A DNA stretch of 64,000 nt, taken from Bacteroidota bacterium (GTDB lineage: Bacteria; Bacteroidota; Ignavibacteria; Kryptoniales; JAKASW01). The stretch lies in contig JAMCXB010000011.1 in NCBI GenBank assembly GCA_023480735.1, forward strand, positions 30,169 through 94,168, given 5' to 3'. The notes under the pieces were generated by a model that saw only the letters and a program-made list of their open reading frames with translations, had not been told where the DNA came from and did not search any database. A program made the translations under genes and the position numbers. Each line of letters starts with the position of its first letter. The first letter of the stretch is position 1. Shown here piece by piece: positions 21,466 to 28,879 of this stretch.

Positions 21466-22443
21466 CTACTTTAAATGAGACTCAATCCAGTTATGGAGAT
21501 CGGGAGAGAGAGTGGAATATTTAGATATGAGCCAGTCGGCAGAATCCCGGTAATTATTAAAGCGGACTATCGGATCGCCGGTGTATAACTGTGGTGCGAG
21601 AGAACGAGTCTGCGTGTCGTAGACATGTAGATAGATTGCACTGCACCGGCAGTTGTAGTCGATCGGTGGTAATGGCCCCTCTCCCACGTTATAGACGTTT
21701 CCGTCGAGCGCCATATGGCTCGGTCGGGTGCGATAGTCGTGGATGGCCGAGTACTGCCACATCGGAAACCGATCCGGCATAGCGAGGACCTGGGAGAATT
21801 GACCCTGACTGTATGCACTCGCGAGGTTGGTACGGAAGACCGTCTGGAAATGTCCGGGATGGAGATCAGTGACGCCATAGGATTCGAAGAGACCATCGAC
21901 TTCTTTATTGAAGTCCGTCCAAGTCTCGTGGCTGTCAACCGCTTTAATAAGAGCGGCTTTGATCTCATCGAGTAATTGCTGCTGTTCGATACCCGAGATC
22001 ACGAGCGCTCTCCCACGAATTATCTTAAGTGCTTCCTCTGGAATAACACTGTAAGATAGTTTAACGGAGCTGTCGCATTCGATCCACTGCATCGCAGAGT
22101 AAGCGATGGCATTCTTGGCGATAATGGTACGTCCGGGCAGTTGACGAGCTTTATGGCTGAAGTGCGCGTCCTTCGCAATAATAAGACTTCTGCCGAGGGC
22201 ATCGCCAGTCTCGAGGCCATCCCGGAGAAGTTTCGATATACCACCGAGGAATTTCTCGTGCGGCGGATAGTTTGATAGTACCGCGAGTGCCGAATCGAAG
22301 GATCCCGCATCACGGACGTCACGCGAGACCGATCCCTTGAGACGCTTGTAAATGTCCGGAGCGGATTTAATCGAGTTATCGATGACGGTGTCGAGCTGAT
22401 TCTCGTATGCGTCATTATCTACCGGTGGCGGAGGAGTTTTTTT
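21466..22443 (-). CDS. MuF-like head morphogenesis protein (SPP1 gp7 / Mu F family); the N-terminal 117 codons lack a start codon
   Basis: The C-terminal region 'FRTNLASAYSQGQF...WQYSAIHDYRTRPSHMALDGNVY...PPIDYNCRCS' is the Phage_Mu_F motif. The first ATG/GTG/TTG is at 22092, but the same frame stays open and protein-like up to 22443, inside the end of the portal gene. Confidence 0.65.
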   Translation of the reverse strand, partial: KKTPPPPVDNDAYENQLDTVIDNSIKSAPDIYKRLKGSVSRDVRDAGSFDSALAVLSNYPPHEKFLGGISKLLRDGLETGDALGRSLIIAKDAHFSHKARQLPGRTIIAKNAIAYSAMQWIECDSSVKLSYSVIPEEALKIIRGRALVISGIEQQQLLDEIKAALIKAVDSHETWTDFNKEVDGLFESYGVTDLHPGHFQTVFRTNLASAYSQGQFSQVLAMPDRFPMWQYSAIHDYRTRPSHMALDGNVYNVGEGPLPPIDYNCRCSAIYLHVYDTQTRSLAPQLYTGDPIVRFNNYRDSADWLISKYSTLSPDLHNWIESHLK

Positions 22444-23843
22444 TTACCTTGCAGGCTCATGCCGGAATAATCGGACCCAAGCGTCGAGGGAGCGGACGGG
22501 GCAACAATCGGCGTCAGAACCTCATCGTCGGGACCGGGAAGCGGACGACCGTACTTATCGGCGACGTACTGTTTCGTGATAGGGAAGCCGATCGCTTGCA
22601 ACTCTCGATCAATCTTCACTTCCGTCAGGAGGTTAAGCGAACGCCCAACGTCGGTCTTCATGTAAGGATATACTTCCTGCGGGCCCCAGACGGCGTCGAC
22701 GTACACCCTTATAATGTCATCGTTAAATGTGGTATCAAGCGCCTTAGCGTCCGCTTCGACAATTTCGAGTTTGACCTCTTTTGCGGAATCTTCTGATCCG
22801 AGTTTGCCTGGAGTCGATTTCGACGAGCCGGTGTGACCCAATGCAACGACAGCGTACTGGTCGTCCACCCATTCCGCGACGTCGCCGTACACTTGATGCG
22901 TGGCGGCCTTCTGCATCCACTCAACAAATTCAATTTCAGAGTCCTTACTGATAACTGCTGCGGTATCCTGGCCCAACTTTCGGAGGGCTGAAACCAGCAG
23001 ATCCTTCTGGGTTGGATCGTTGGTATCATACTTCCCAATACGGATACCGAGGAGACGCTCGGCGAACATGACCCACCACTTCACGTCCCAGTTTTTGAAC
23101 AGCCACAGATATGCCAGAGTGCGAAGGAGCGACGTCCGGGCCGGATGTCCGGATCTTGCCTGGCAATAGCAGATCGCGAAGCGCTTCCTGATCCTCGGGT
23201 TGGATTCAAGCGAGATGCCATCGGTGGTGGCGTTCGCGAGTTCTTCATCCGAGACGATGCCGCGTAGCTGGTCGATCTGGCTGGGGTCGACGACGAACCT
23301 CAACTCTTCCGGATCACTCAGCGGGTCGCTGACTTTTCCGAAACGGAATTTCTTCTGGTGCTTCCATCGCACCCTGTCGAGCACGTATGTGGTGTCTCTC
23401 ACTTGCCAGAACAACTCGGAGACGGAGAAACCCTTCGGGACCGCGTCGAGGATGTCACCCTTCACCCTGTCGAGGTTCGGGATCGAGTCAATCAGTTTCT
23501 TCACATCGTCCGCGATCGCGAGTGACTTGTCGTCTTCGCCTCCGGCCACGATCTGGTAATTGCGACGAGTAACGGCGAGACGGCGATCTCCGAACACGCC
23601 TTGAAGCTTCCCGTCCTTCTCGAGCATCTCTTCGAAGAGTTCCGACTGGGCGTAGACATCGCCCGTGTCTGCCTGCTGCAAAAGAGACGCCAGGCGTTCG
23701 GGCGTCAGACCTTTGGATGGATAACTGGAGTACCGGTCGTTGATGCCGACGACCGCGACCTCGCGAGTCTCAGGGCGGTTAAGATCATCCTTCTTTGTGA
23801 TGCGAAGGGTGTCGGTGACTGATCGGAGAACATTCTTTACCAT
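22419..23843 (-). CDS. Portal protein (Mu gp29-like, DUF935)
   Basis: 'LTPERLASLLQQADTGDVYAQSELFEEMLEKDGKLQGVFGDRRLAV' matches the DUF935 portal signature. The ATG at 23843 follows TGAGGT, and the longer ORF to 23870 overlaps the upstream gene. Confidence 0.85.
   Translation of the reverse strand: MVKNVLRSVTDTLRITKKDDLNRPETREVAVVGINDRYSSYPSKGLTPERLASLLQQADTGDVYAQSELFEEMLEKDGKLQGVFGDRRLAVTRRNYQIVAGGEDDKSLAIADDVKKLIDSIPNLDRVKGDILDAVPKGFSVSELFWQVRDTTYVLDRVRWKHQKKFRFGKVSDPLSDPEELRFVVDPSQIDQLRGIVSDEELANATTDGISLESNPRIRKRFAICYCQARSGHPARTSLLRTLAYLWLFKNWDVKWWVMFAERLLGIRIGKYDTNDPTQKDLLVSALRKLGQDTAAVISKDSEIEFVEWMQKAATHQVYGDVAEWVDDQYAVVALGHTGSSKSTPGKLGSEDSAKEVKLEIVEADAKALDTTFNDDIIRVYVDAVWGPQEVYPYMKTDVGRSLNLLTEVKIDRELQAIGFPITKQYVADKYGRPLPGPDDEVLTPIVAPSAPSTLGSDYSGMSLQGKKKLLRHR
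22437..22445 (-). other. A9 homopolymer (T9 on + strand): candidate -1 frameshift or transcriptional-slippage site joining the portal and MuF frames
   Basis: The portal frame reads GGT AAA AAA AAA CTC ... TAG. The -1 frame reads (TAA) AAA AAA ACT CCT CCG CCA CCG = KKTPPPP and runs into MuF. Confidence 0.35.
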
Positions 23844-23850
23844 GATAACC

Positions 23851-24519
23851 TCAGAAATTGTAAGTGACAAAAAGTTTTATGCCGGGATGGAGGGTGCTGA
23901 GCGCATAGGGCAAAGCGCAGAGCGCGCCGACGGTGAATTCCTTAATGCGATAGCCAGCCCCGATACCGACGCCGTCGAGATCGGCGGCGAGGGTCGGTAG
24001 CTGGAAACGGCCGTCGAGCTGGAGGAATGAGACGGCGAGACAGGGGGACGGGAAGACACGGAGACTTGGGGACAGGGAGACCGCGAGACCAATCTGCCGG
24101 TAAACGCCGAATTGGAGCAGAGGCGGTAGATACTGCCATCTTTCGACTTTAAGAGAACGTGTGCCACCATGGGCGTAAATATGGTTGTCGCGGGAGAGGA
24201 TGATGACGGTGGTGTCGCCCTGGGGCTGACTGGGAGACTGGGGGACGGGGAGACGGGGAGAACCGATGATGCGGATCGCCTCTTTAATATCGGACTCTCT
24301 GAGGTCGGACGGGAGTTTCACTGGAGATTTTTGTCTCTCGAAAGGCGTGGAAGGCGGACGGTATTTTTTTTGCACAACCGGGGCGAACGTCGAATCTTTC
24401 GGCGTGAACAGTTCACTCACTCGCGAGTCGGTCGGCTGCGAGCATGAGCGCGGGAGCATGATGACAACGATGACGGCACAGATGGCGATAACGGCGATGC
24501 GGGTGAGGATGGATTTCAT
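23851..24519 (-). CDS. Membrane-anchored protein with a beta-rich C-terminus ending in Phe (outer-membrane-like); function unknown
   Basis: It has an N-terminal hydrophobic anchor (ILTRIAVIAICAVIVVIML), an alternating-polarity C-terminal region and a terminal '...KLFVTYNF'. It contains two in-frame G-rich repeat blocks. Confidence 0.3.
   Translation of the reverse strand: MKSILTRIAVIAICAVIVVIMLPRSCSQPTDSRVSELFTPKDSTFAPVVQKKYRPPSTPFERQKSPVKLPSDLRESDIKEAIRIIGSPRLPVPQSPSQPQGDTTVIILSRDNHIYAHGGTRSLKVERWQYLPPLLQFGVYRQIGLAVSLSPSLRVFPSPCLAVSFLQLDGRFQLPTLAADLDGVGIGAGYRIKEFTVGALCALPYALSTLHPGIKLFVTYNF
24029..24090 (+). repeat. G-rich GAGAC-type repeat block A
   Basis: gagacggcgagacagggggacgggaagacacggagacttggggacagggagaccgcgagacc, with reiterated GAGAC/GGGGAC units. 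Confidence 0.5.
24220..24264 (+). repeat. G-rich repeat block B (G-quadruplex motif; contains the 15-mer GAGACGGGGAGAACC)
   Basis: ctGGGGctgactGGGagactGGGGGacGGGGagacGGGGagaacc has five G3+ runs with loops of 2-6 nt. The 15-mer at 24250-24264 is identical to 28641-28655. Confidence 0.55.
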
Positions 24520-24680
24520 CTCGTGTATCTCTTCTTAATTCGCTTTTCGATTCGACGCTCCTCTTTGTTGTTGCGGAGCCACAAAAACACGCGGCCTTTT
24601 CTAGAAATTCTAACATCATAGAAGAAACCAAGGAATGCGACTCCAAGGGCTTTTAAAAAGCGTTTAAACCGTCGATTCAT
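24516..24680 (-). CDS. Small (54 aa) membrane protein, unknown function
   Basis: MNRRFKRFLKALGVAFLGFFYDVRISRKGRVFLWLRNNKEERRIEKRIKKRYTR. Its stop overlaps the next start as ATGA (translational coupling). It is below the ORF-track size cutoff. Confidence 0.35.
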   Translation of the reverse strand: MNRRFKRFLKALGVAFLGFFYDVRISRKGRVFLWLRNNKEERRIEKRIKKRYTR

Positions 24681-24768
24681 GCTTCATTACTTTCGTGATT
24701 TTGACCATATACGTTTTTCCTGCTGTTATACGCAATGCGCTCCATTATCTGTAAGCGGCGCACGGCGA

Positions 24769-24957
24769 TCATTTCTCGTGGTCTACCATTTCAATTACGT
24801 TTATATCTACACCGAAACTTTGCGCGTCGCCCAAGCTCTCGACAATCAAGACGGGTTCGCCTGTGTGAACAAATTCCTCGATATTTTCAGCATCATCTTC
24901 GATGCTGTCAATCTCGTAACCGTAAAATTTCCCACTCATCGCTGTAATGCGTATCAT
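24769..24957 (-). CDS. Small acidic hypothetical protein (62 aa)
   Basis: The ORF is on the operon strand and is strongly acidic (many D/E; 'EIDSIEDDAENIEEFVHTGEPVLIVE'). I recognise no motif. Confidence 0.3.
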   Translation of the reverse strand: MIRITAMSGKFYGYEIDSIEDDAENIEEFVHTGEPVLIVESLGDAQSFGVDINVIEMVDHEK

Positions 24958-25104
24958 ATTTATCCCTTCTTAGTTAAGCCGTGCGCCGCATGAGCGCACA
25001 GCGTATAACAAGGATGAAAAAGACGCTCATCCTTGAGTATGTTTCGAGTTCGCTTCATGGCTGAAACAGCCACGACTTTTTCATCTTGCCCGTTAGGCGA
25101 AATG

Positions 25105-25365
25105 TCAACCATTTGTACTCGTGCCTTTCGGCTCGCTCTCAAATTCAACGATGAAGCGCACAAACCGCCCATTGAAATGTTCCAGTATGTGTTCGATTTG
25201 CACCATAACATTTGAGGCGCCGTTGTTTCGTCGAGCAATCCCAACCAGATTCGATTGGATGTATTCTTTGCAGTTATGTTGACAGTCTAACGGAGGAATC
25301 GGTTTGATGCGCTTCATTTCGAGTGTTCCCTCGAATATTGTGGCTCTTTGTAGTTTCTTCCTCAT
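25105..25365 (-). CDS. Hypothetical protein (possibly continues by a frame change into ORF 24960-25244)
   Basis: The ORF is on the operon strand and overlaps a second same-strand ORF in another frame. Which frame is real cannot be decided by eye. Confidence 0.2.
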   Translation of the reverse strand: MRKKLQRATIFEGTLEMKRIKPIPPLDCQHNCKEYIQSNLVGIARRNNGASNVMVQIEHILEHFNGRFVRFIVEFESEPKGTSTNG

Positions 25366-25423
25366 CTTCAGCTTTCCGTGCCGAAAGGCACTTATAATTT
25401 TGTTTTGTCACATCGCCTAACAA

Positions 25424-25487
25424 ACAGAAAAAAGACGGAAGCCTTCATTGAGGCAACGACTTTTTTCTGTCCCACGTTAGATGCCAT
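25424..25487 (-). repeat. Hairpin direct repeat, copy 1 (just downstream of the PAPS-reductase-like gene)
   Basis: On the minus strand it reads ATGGCATCTAACGTGGGACAGAAAAAAGTCG...CGTCTTTTTTCTGT, with stem ACAGAAAAAAG/CTTTTTTCTGT. It resembles the 5' end of the gene at 26305-26372 and opens a 31-codon ORF that mimics that gene's N-terminus. Confidence 0.5.
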
Positions 25488-25493
25488 ATCGAC

Positions 25494-26378
25494 TCATGTC
25501 ATACAGTATCCAGACTCACAGTTGTCAAGCTCGAACGGTAACTCCGTTTGAGTGACGCTGAATACCTCGTCCAGAGGCTTACCAAACCTTGTGAGCCAAA
25601 CCGAATCTTTTCCTAAGCGGCGGCGTCGCTCATTGATGAACCTTTCGAGTTCCACTGCTTTCTGGAACAATTCTGGCTCTTCCCTTTGCAGGCGCTGCCA
25701 TTCGCTGGGACGATGGAAGGGGCAGAACCAGCATGCAGACTTCGGTGGTTCCGGAAGTCCGGCGTCTCTTATAATTCGAGCGCAGTCGCTTCGGCTCAAT
25801 CTCAATTTGAGGAGCGGATACTCCGTCCTTTCCCATGCGATAACGGTTCGGTTGTTGGCACGGTGCGCCTCATCCGTGCTTATACCGATCCCGACAATCC
25901 CGGGATTCTCTTTCGTCGCACCCATCTCCTTTAGTTCCTTGGCGATTACCTTGATCTTGAAGTCCGTCGTACACGTCCGATTACCGGGCGCACCGTTCTG
26001 CATCCTGATGGGAATTGAGATTGAGCTTTTCGTCCTTCGGAGTCGGCCGATAAGCGTCTCAGGTGTTCCATCCTTCATCCGTCGCCGGACTTCCCATAGA
26101 TGCAGCCCTTCCGATTCTGCGAATGGCAGCGCCACATGGCGAAAATACTCCAAAGTGCCCGGATATTCCGAATCGTCCCCGACGTTCGCAAATAGGAAGT
26201 GCTTATATGGAAGTTTCCCTTGAGCGGAGAGCACGAGGATTGCCACTGACTGGACGCCGCCGCCAAAGGACATCACCTGCACCGGCGATACGGCATCTAA
26301 CAGGCAAGAAAAAGACGAGGCTTCATCCGCCAAAAGGCGGACGACTTTTTCTTGCTTCACGTTATGCGCCATCACCAC
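25494..26378 (-). CDS. PAPS reductase / PP-loop ATP-pyrophosphatase family protein (phage type)
   Basis: It has the PP-loop-like 'VMSFGGGVQSVAILVL', 'NRTCTTDFKIKVI', a C-terminal 'CWFCPFH' Cys pair, and 'PEWQRLQREEPELFQKAVELE'. It lies between the terminase and portal genes. Confidence 0.7.
   Translation of the reverse strand: MVMAHNVKQEKVVRLLADEASSFSCLLDAVSPVQVMSFGGGVQSVAILVLSAQGKLPYKHFLFANVGDDSEYPGTLEYFRHVALPFAESEGLHLWEVRRRMKDGTPETLIGRLRRTKSSISIPIRMQNGAPGNRTCTTDFKIKVIAKELKEMGATKENPGIVGIGISTDEAHRANNRTVIAWERTEYPLLKLRLSRSDCARIIRDAGLPEPPKSACWFCPFHRPSEWQRLQREEPELFQKAVELERFINERRRRLGKDSVWLTRFGKPLDEVFSVTQTELPFELDNCESGYCMT
26305..26372 (-). repeat. Hairpin direct repeat, copy 2 (covers the start codon and first ~22 codons of the PAPS-reductase-like gene)
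   Basis: On the minus strand it reads ATGGCGCATAACGTGAAGCAAGAAAAAGTCG...CGTCTTTTTCTTG, with 12 of 13 stem pairs. It is homologous at the nucleotide level to 25424-25487. Confidence 0.5.
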
Positions 26379-28069
26379 GTTCCTCCTCCGAACTTCGATT
26401 GCTGGCTTGAGACGCTCTCGTATTCAAACCGTCCGGCGCCGCCCTGGAATTTTTCCGCGAGATCGACGGCACCCTCGAGGGCGTCGCTGCCATCATCGCC
26501 GATGCCGCCAGCACTCAATGATCCGGGGCTCGGCTCAGCCTTGAGTTGACGGATGACGATGTCCTGATCAGGATCATCGGGATCGAACGTAATCAGTCCC
26601 ATTTTAATGTATGGAGCAAGCCGAGCAATACGGGCGTGCTTGTTGCCGACCTGGTTCACCGGCCAGAAAGGAAGCGGCCTGTGATTCTTTGCCATGTAAC
26701 GGAGGTACTCGCGCTTAATGAAATCCTTATAGGAATTGTCGGCGACGCCGAGGGGATTCGATTTGAAACGGCTGACATGATCATAGGAAGTGTCAAGCAT
26801 CCAGTCGACGTCCGACTGCTGGACGTCCGCCTTCAGAAGTGGGATGTGAAGCCTTTTATTCTTGCCGTCATCGATAAGGCCTATTCCGACCGTGATCACA
26901 GCCTTCGCGTCGCCCGGTTCAGTTGAAGACGGATCAACAAAGGAGACTTTTACGTATTTTGACAGGTCGAGATCTCTGAGGCGGTGGTACTTGAACCATT
27001 CGTCTTTGAAGACCTGGTCTTTTCTCGACCGCGGGCGCATCATGCGTTCGGTGTCGAAGGTGTCGGGATCGTCTTTCTGCTCCTGCAGGAGCTCCAGAGT
27101 CGGGAAACGATATTCCCATGCGGACATTAAATTATCCGGAAAGCCATGGTCACGGCAGGCTTTCGCGATTCGTTTGCCCTCACCCAACCCTCTCCTCGAC
27201 GAGTCGAGTCGTCGACCGGAGGGAGAGGGCACGTTTGGTATGAGCGCACGGAAGATAACCTTGTTGAAATGCCCGGTATTCTTGCCGGTCATGAGTTCGT
27301 CTGTGATGGTTCCCTTCATGGTCCAGTTGCAGAGGTATATCGCGGACCATCGTGGGAAGTTGACTGCCTTGAGGTCGTCACCCTTAATAATATCGACGTA
27401 CTTCTGTACCAGCATCGGGCTATCGGGCGCGTTATTGGCGCTGACGTCGTCGAAGATTATATGATCGGGACGATGGCCGGAGTTTTCCTCTCCCGTCAAG
27501 ACCTGGTCGCGACCATAACCTTTGACCTTCCGGCCGGTCTTAGTAATGAAAGCCCCGAACTCCCACTCGACGCTACCCTGCAACTCTCCGAAATCGGAGA
27601 TGAGACGCCGGTTGTTTTCAAACTCAATCTTAAGCGGGACGACTTTGGATTCCGCCTTGTCTTCGGTGCGGGCGACGAACGGGATGAACCAGCGATCCTC
27701 AAAGACGATCTTGTAAATCGGATCAATCTTGCCAAGGAGGGTGCTCTTTGCTGACTCGCGGAAGCCCGCGACGATCGAGAATTTTTTCATGAGGTCGGCG
27801 ATCTCGAAAAGCTCACGATGGAAGGGAGCGAAGCCGGCGTCGATCCAGTCGTACTTGCCGTCGGGGTCCTTCCAGCATGTCCGATATTGTTCTTTGACCG
27901 TGATGTAGTGTGGGAAGTATGTCGCGGCGAAGAAGAACTTATCTACCTTCGCGCGCTTCTTCCGGGCTTCGCGCTTGGCGGTGGAATCGTTGGGAAACGG
28001 AGTCGACTGCTGCTGGATGCGGCTGAGTAGGTCGCCGAACTGGCGATCAAAGTCGCGCTGGGTTAGCAT
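26372..28069 (-). CDS. Terminase large subunit (Mu gp28-like)
   Basis: 565 aa, downstream of the DUF1804 gene and upstream of the portal. It has ATPase-like 'IVAGFRESAKSTL' and nuclease-half features, and it contains in-frame hairpin repeat R1. Confidence 0.75.
   Translation of the reverse strand: MLTQRDFDRQFGDLLSRIQQQSTPFPNDSTAKREARKKRAKVDKFFFAATYFPHYITVKEQYRTCWKDPDGKYDWIDAGFAPFHRELFEIADLMKKFSIVAGFRESAKSTLLGKIDPIYKIVFEDRWFIPFVARTEDKAESKVVPLKIEFENNRRLISDFGELQGSVEWEFGAFITKTGRKVKGYGRDQVLTGEENSGHRPDHIIFDDVSANNAPDSPMLVQKYVDIIKGDDLKAVNFPRWSAIYLCNWTMKGTITDELMTGKNTGHFNKVIFRALIPNVPSPSGRRLDSSRRGLGEGKRIAKACRDHGFPDNLMSAWEYRFPTLELLQEQKDDPDTFDTERMMRPRSRKDQVFKDEWFKYHRLRDLDLSKYVKVSFVDPSSTEPGDAKAVITVGIGLIDDGKNKRLHIPLLKADVQQSDVDWMLDTSYDHVSRFKSNPLGVADNSYKDFIKREYLRYMAKNHRPLPFWPVNQVGNKHARIARLAPYIKMGLITFDPDDPDQDIVIRQLKAEPSPGSLSAGGIGDDGSDALEGAVDLAEKFQGGAGRFEYESVSSQQSKFGGGTW
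27177..27229 (+). repeat. Prophage hairpin repeat R1 (composite, in frame inside TerL)
   Basis: ccctcacccaaccctctcc-tcgacgagtcgagtcgtcgaccgga-gggagaggg. The loop carries a second palindrome (tcgacga/tcgtcga). In TerL it is translated as 'PSPSGRRLDSSRRGLGEG'. Confidence 0.7.
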
Positions 28070-28073
28070 GCGA

Positions 28074-28106
28074 CCCTCACCCTGGCCCTCTCCCTTTGGG
28101 AGAGGG
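28074..28106 (+). repeat. Prophage hairpin repeat R2 (between the terS stop and terL start)
   Basis: ccctcaccctggccctctccc-ttt-gggagaggg. Confidence 0.75.
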
Positions 28107-28128
28107 AACGATTATCATGGCACACGGG

Positions 28129-28599
28129 TCATTTCCTCCTGTACTTTTTGCTCATGAGAGAGCCGAACTCAGATAAGAAGGGTTGGAGACGTTCAAGTTC
28201 TTCATGGTCGCGCTCGGCCATGAACTCAGTGAATTCGGTCATCGCCAGGATGATGTTGCCGTAGTTGTCGATCTCTTTCTGCAGAGACTTCGCAGAGAGG
28301 ATGAGCTGGCGCAGTGCATAGACTTCGGAGGGGTTGATTTTGTTCGTCGTCTGAATCTCCGTGACCATGCTGGCGAGTCGCGATGTTGCAGCCCGGAGCA
28401 TTTGTTTAACTGCGGAGAAGGACGTCGTCAATATCTCCTCGCGCTCCTTATCCCAATCGTTTCCAGCGGCACCGTCTTCGGATTTCCAGCGGCGGACGGT
28501 GGATTCGGGAACGTCGATGAGCTTGGCAATTTCTATGATGTCCTTATTTTCTTCGCAATAGAGGCGCTTGGCGTCGATGCGCTCCAGTTTATGTGCCAT
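28129..28599 (-). CDS. Mu gp27-like protein (DUF1804), putative small terminase subunit
   Basis: The N-terminal HTH-like 'AKRLYCEENKDIIEIAKLIDVPESTVRRWKSEDG...WDKERE' is typical of DUF1804. It lies directly upstream of terL. Confidence 0.6.
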   Translation of the reverse strand: MAHKLERIDAKRLYCEENKDIIEIAKLIDVPESTVRRWKSEDGAAGNDWDKEREEILTTSFSAVKQMLRAATSRLASMVTEIQTTNKINPSEVYALRQLILSAKSLQKEIDNYGNIILAMTEFTEFMAERDHEELERLQPFLSEFGSLMSKKYRRK

Positions 28600-28879
28600 T
28601 TTTCTTCTCCTTTAGGTTGTGCACGACCGAGGATGAATCGGAGACGGGGAGAACCGGGGAATCGGGGACTGGGTTGTCGGTTATATTAAATAATGTGTCG
28701 AGTTGGCAAGCGGATAGGCTGCCGACGGTAACGCCCCAGTAGAATTTACATCCGTCATAGTTGATCTCTATGTGCATTCGCTGTTTTTGCTGTGCCACTT
28801 TATCGAGGACTTCTTTCAGTGACGCTAGATGGTTCATTTGATTCTCCAGCATGTGACGACGAAGCCGGTGACGCGACAT
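28589..28879 (-). CDS. Hypothetical early/middle protein
   Basis: The ORF is on the operon strand. Its C-terminal part is encoded by G-rich block C ('DNPVPDSPVLPVSDSS'). Confidence 0.3.
   Translation of the reverse strand: MSRHRLRRHMLENQMNHLASLKEVLDKVAQQKQRMHIEINYDGCKFYWGVTVGSLSACQLDTLFNITDNPVPDSPVLPVSDSSSVVHNLKEKKNGT
28639..28673 (+). repeat. G-rich repeat block C (canonical G-quadruplex motif; 15-mer GAGACGGGGAGAACC)
   Basis: cggagacGGGGagaaccGGGGaatcGGGGactGGG has four G-runs with loops of 6, 4 and 3 nt. Confidence 0.55.

Noticed and set aside
22020-22415. 131-aa minus-strand ORF between portal and MuF
   Set aside because: The translation is Arg/Ser/Thr-rich and low in complexity. A different frame over the same DNA is stop-free, protein-like and continuous with the MuF domain, so that frame is preferred.
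24413-24646. 77-aa minus-strand ORF overlapping the start of 23851-24519
   Set aside because: A different frame gives a 54-aa TM protein whose stop overlaps the next start (ATGA), which is a more convincing gene model for the same DNA.
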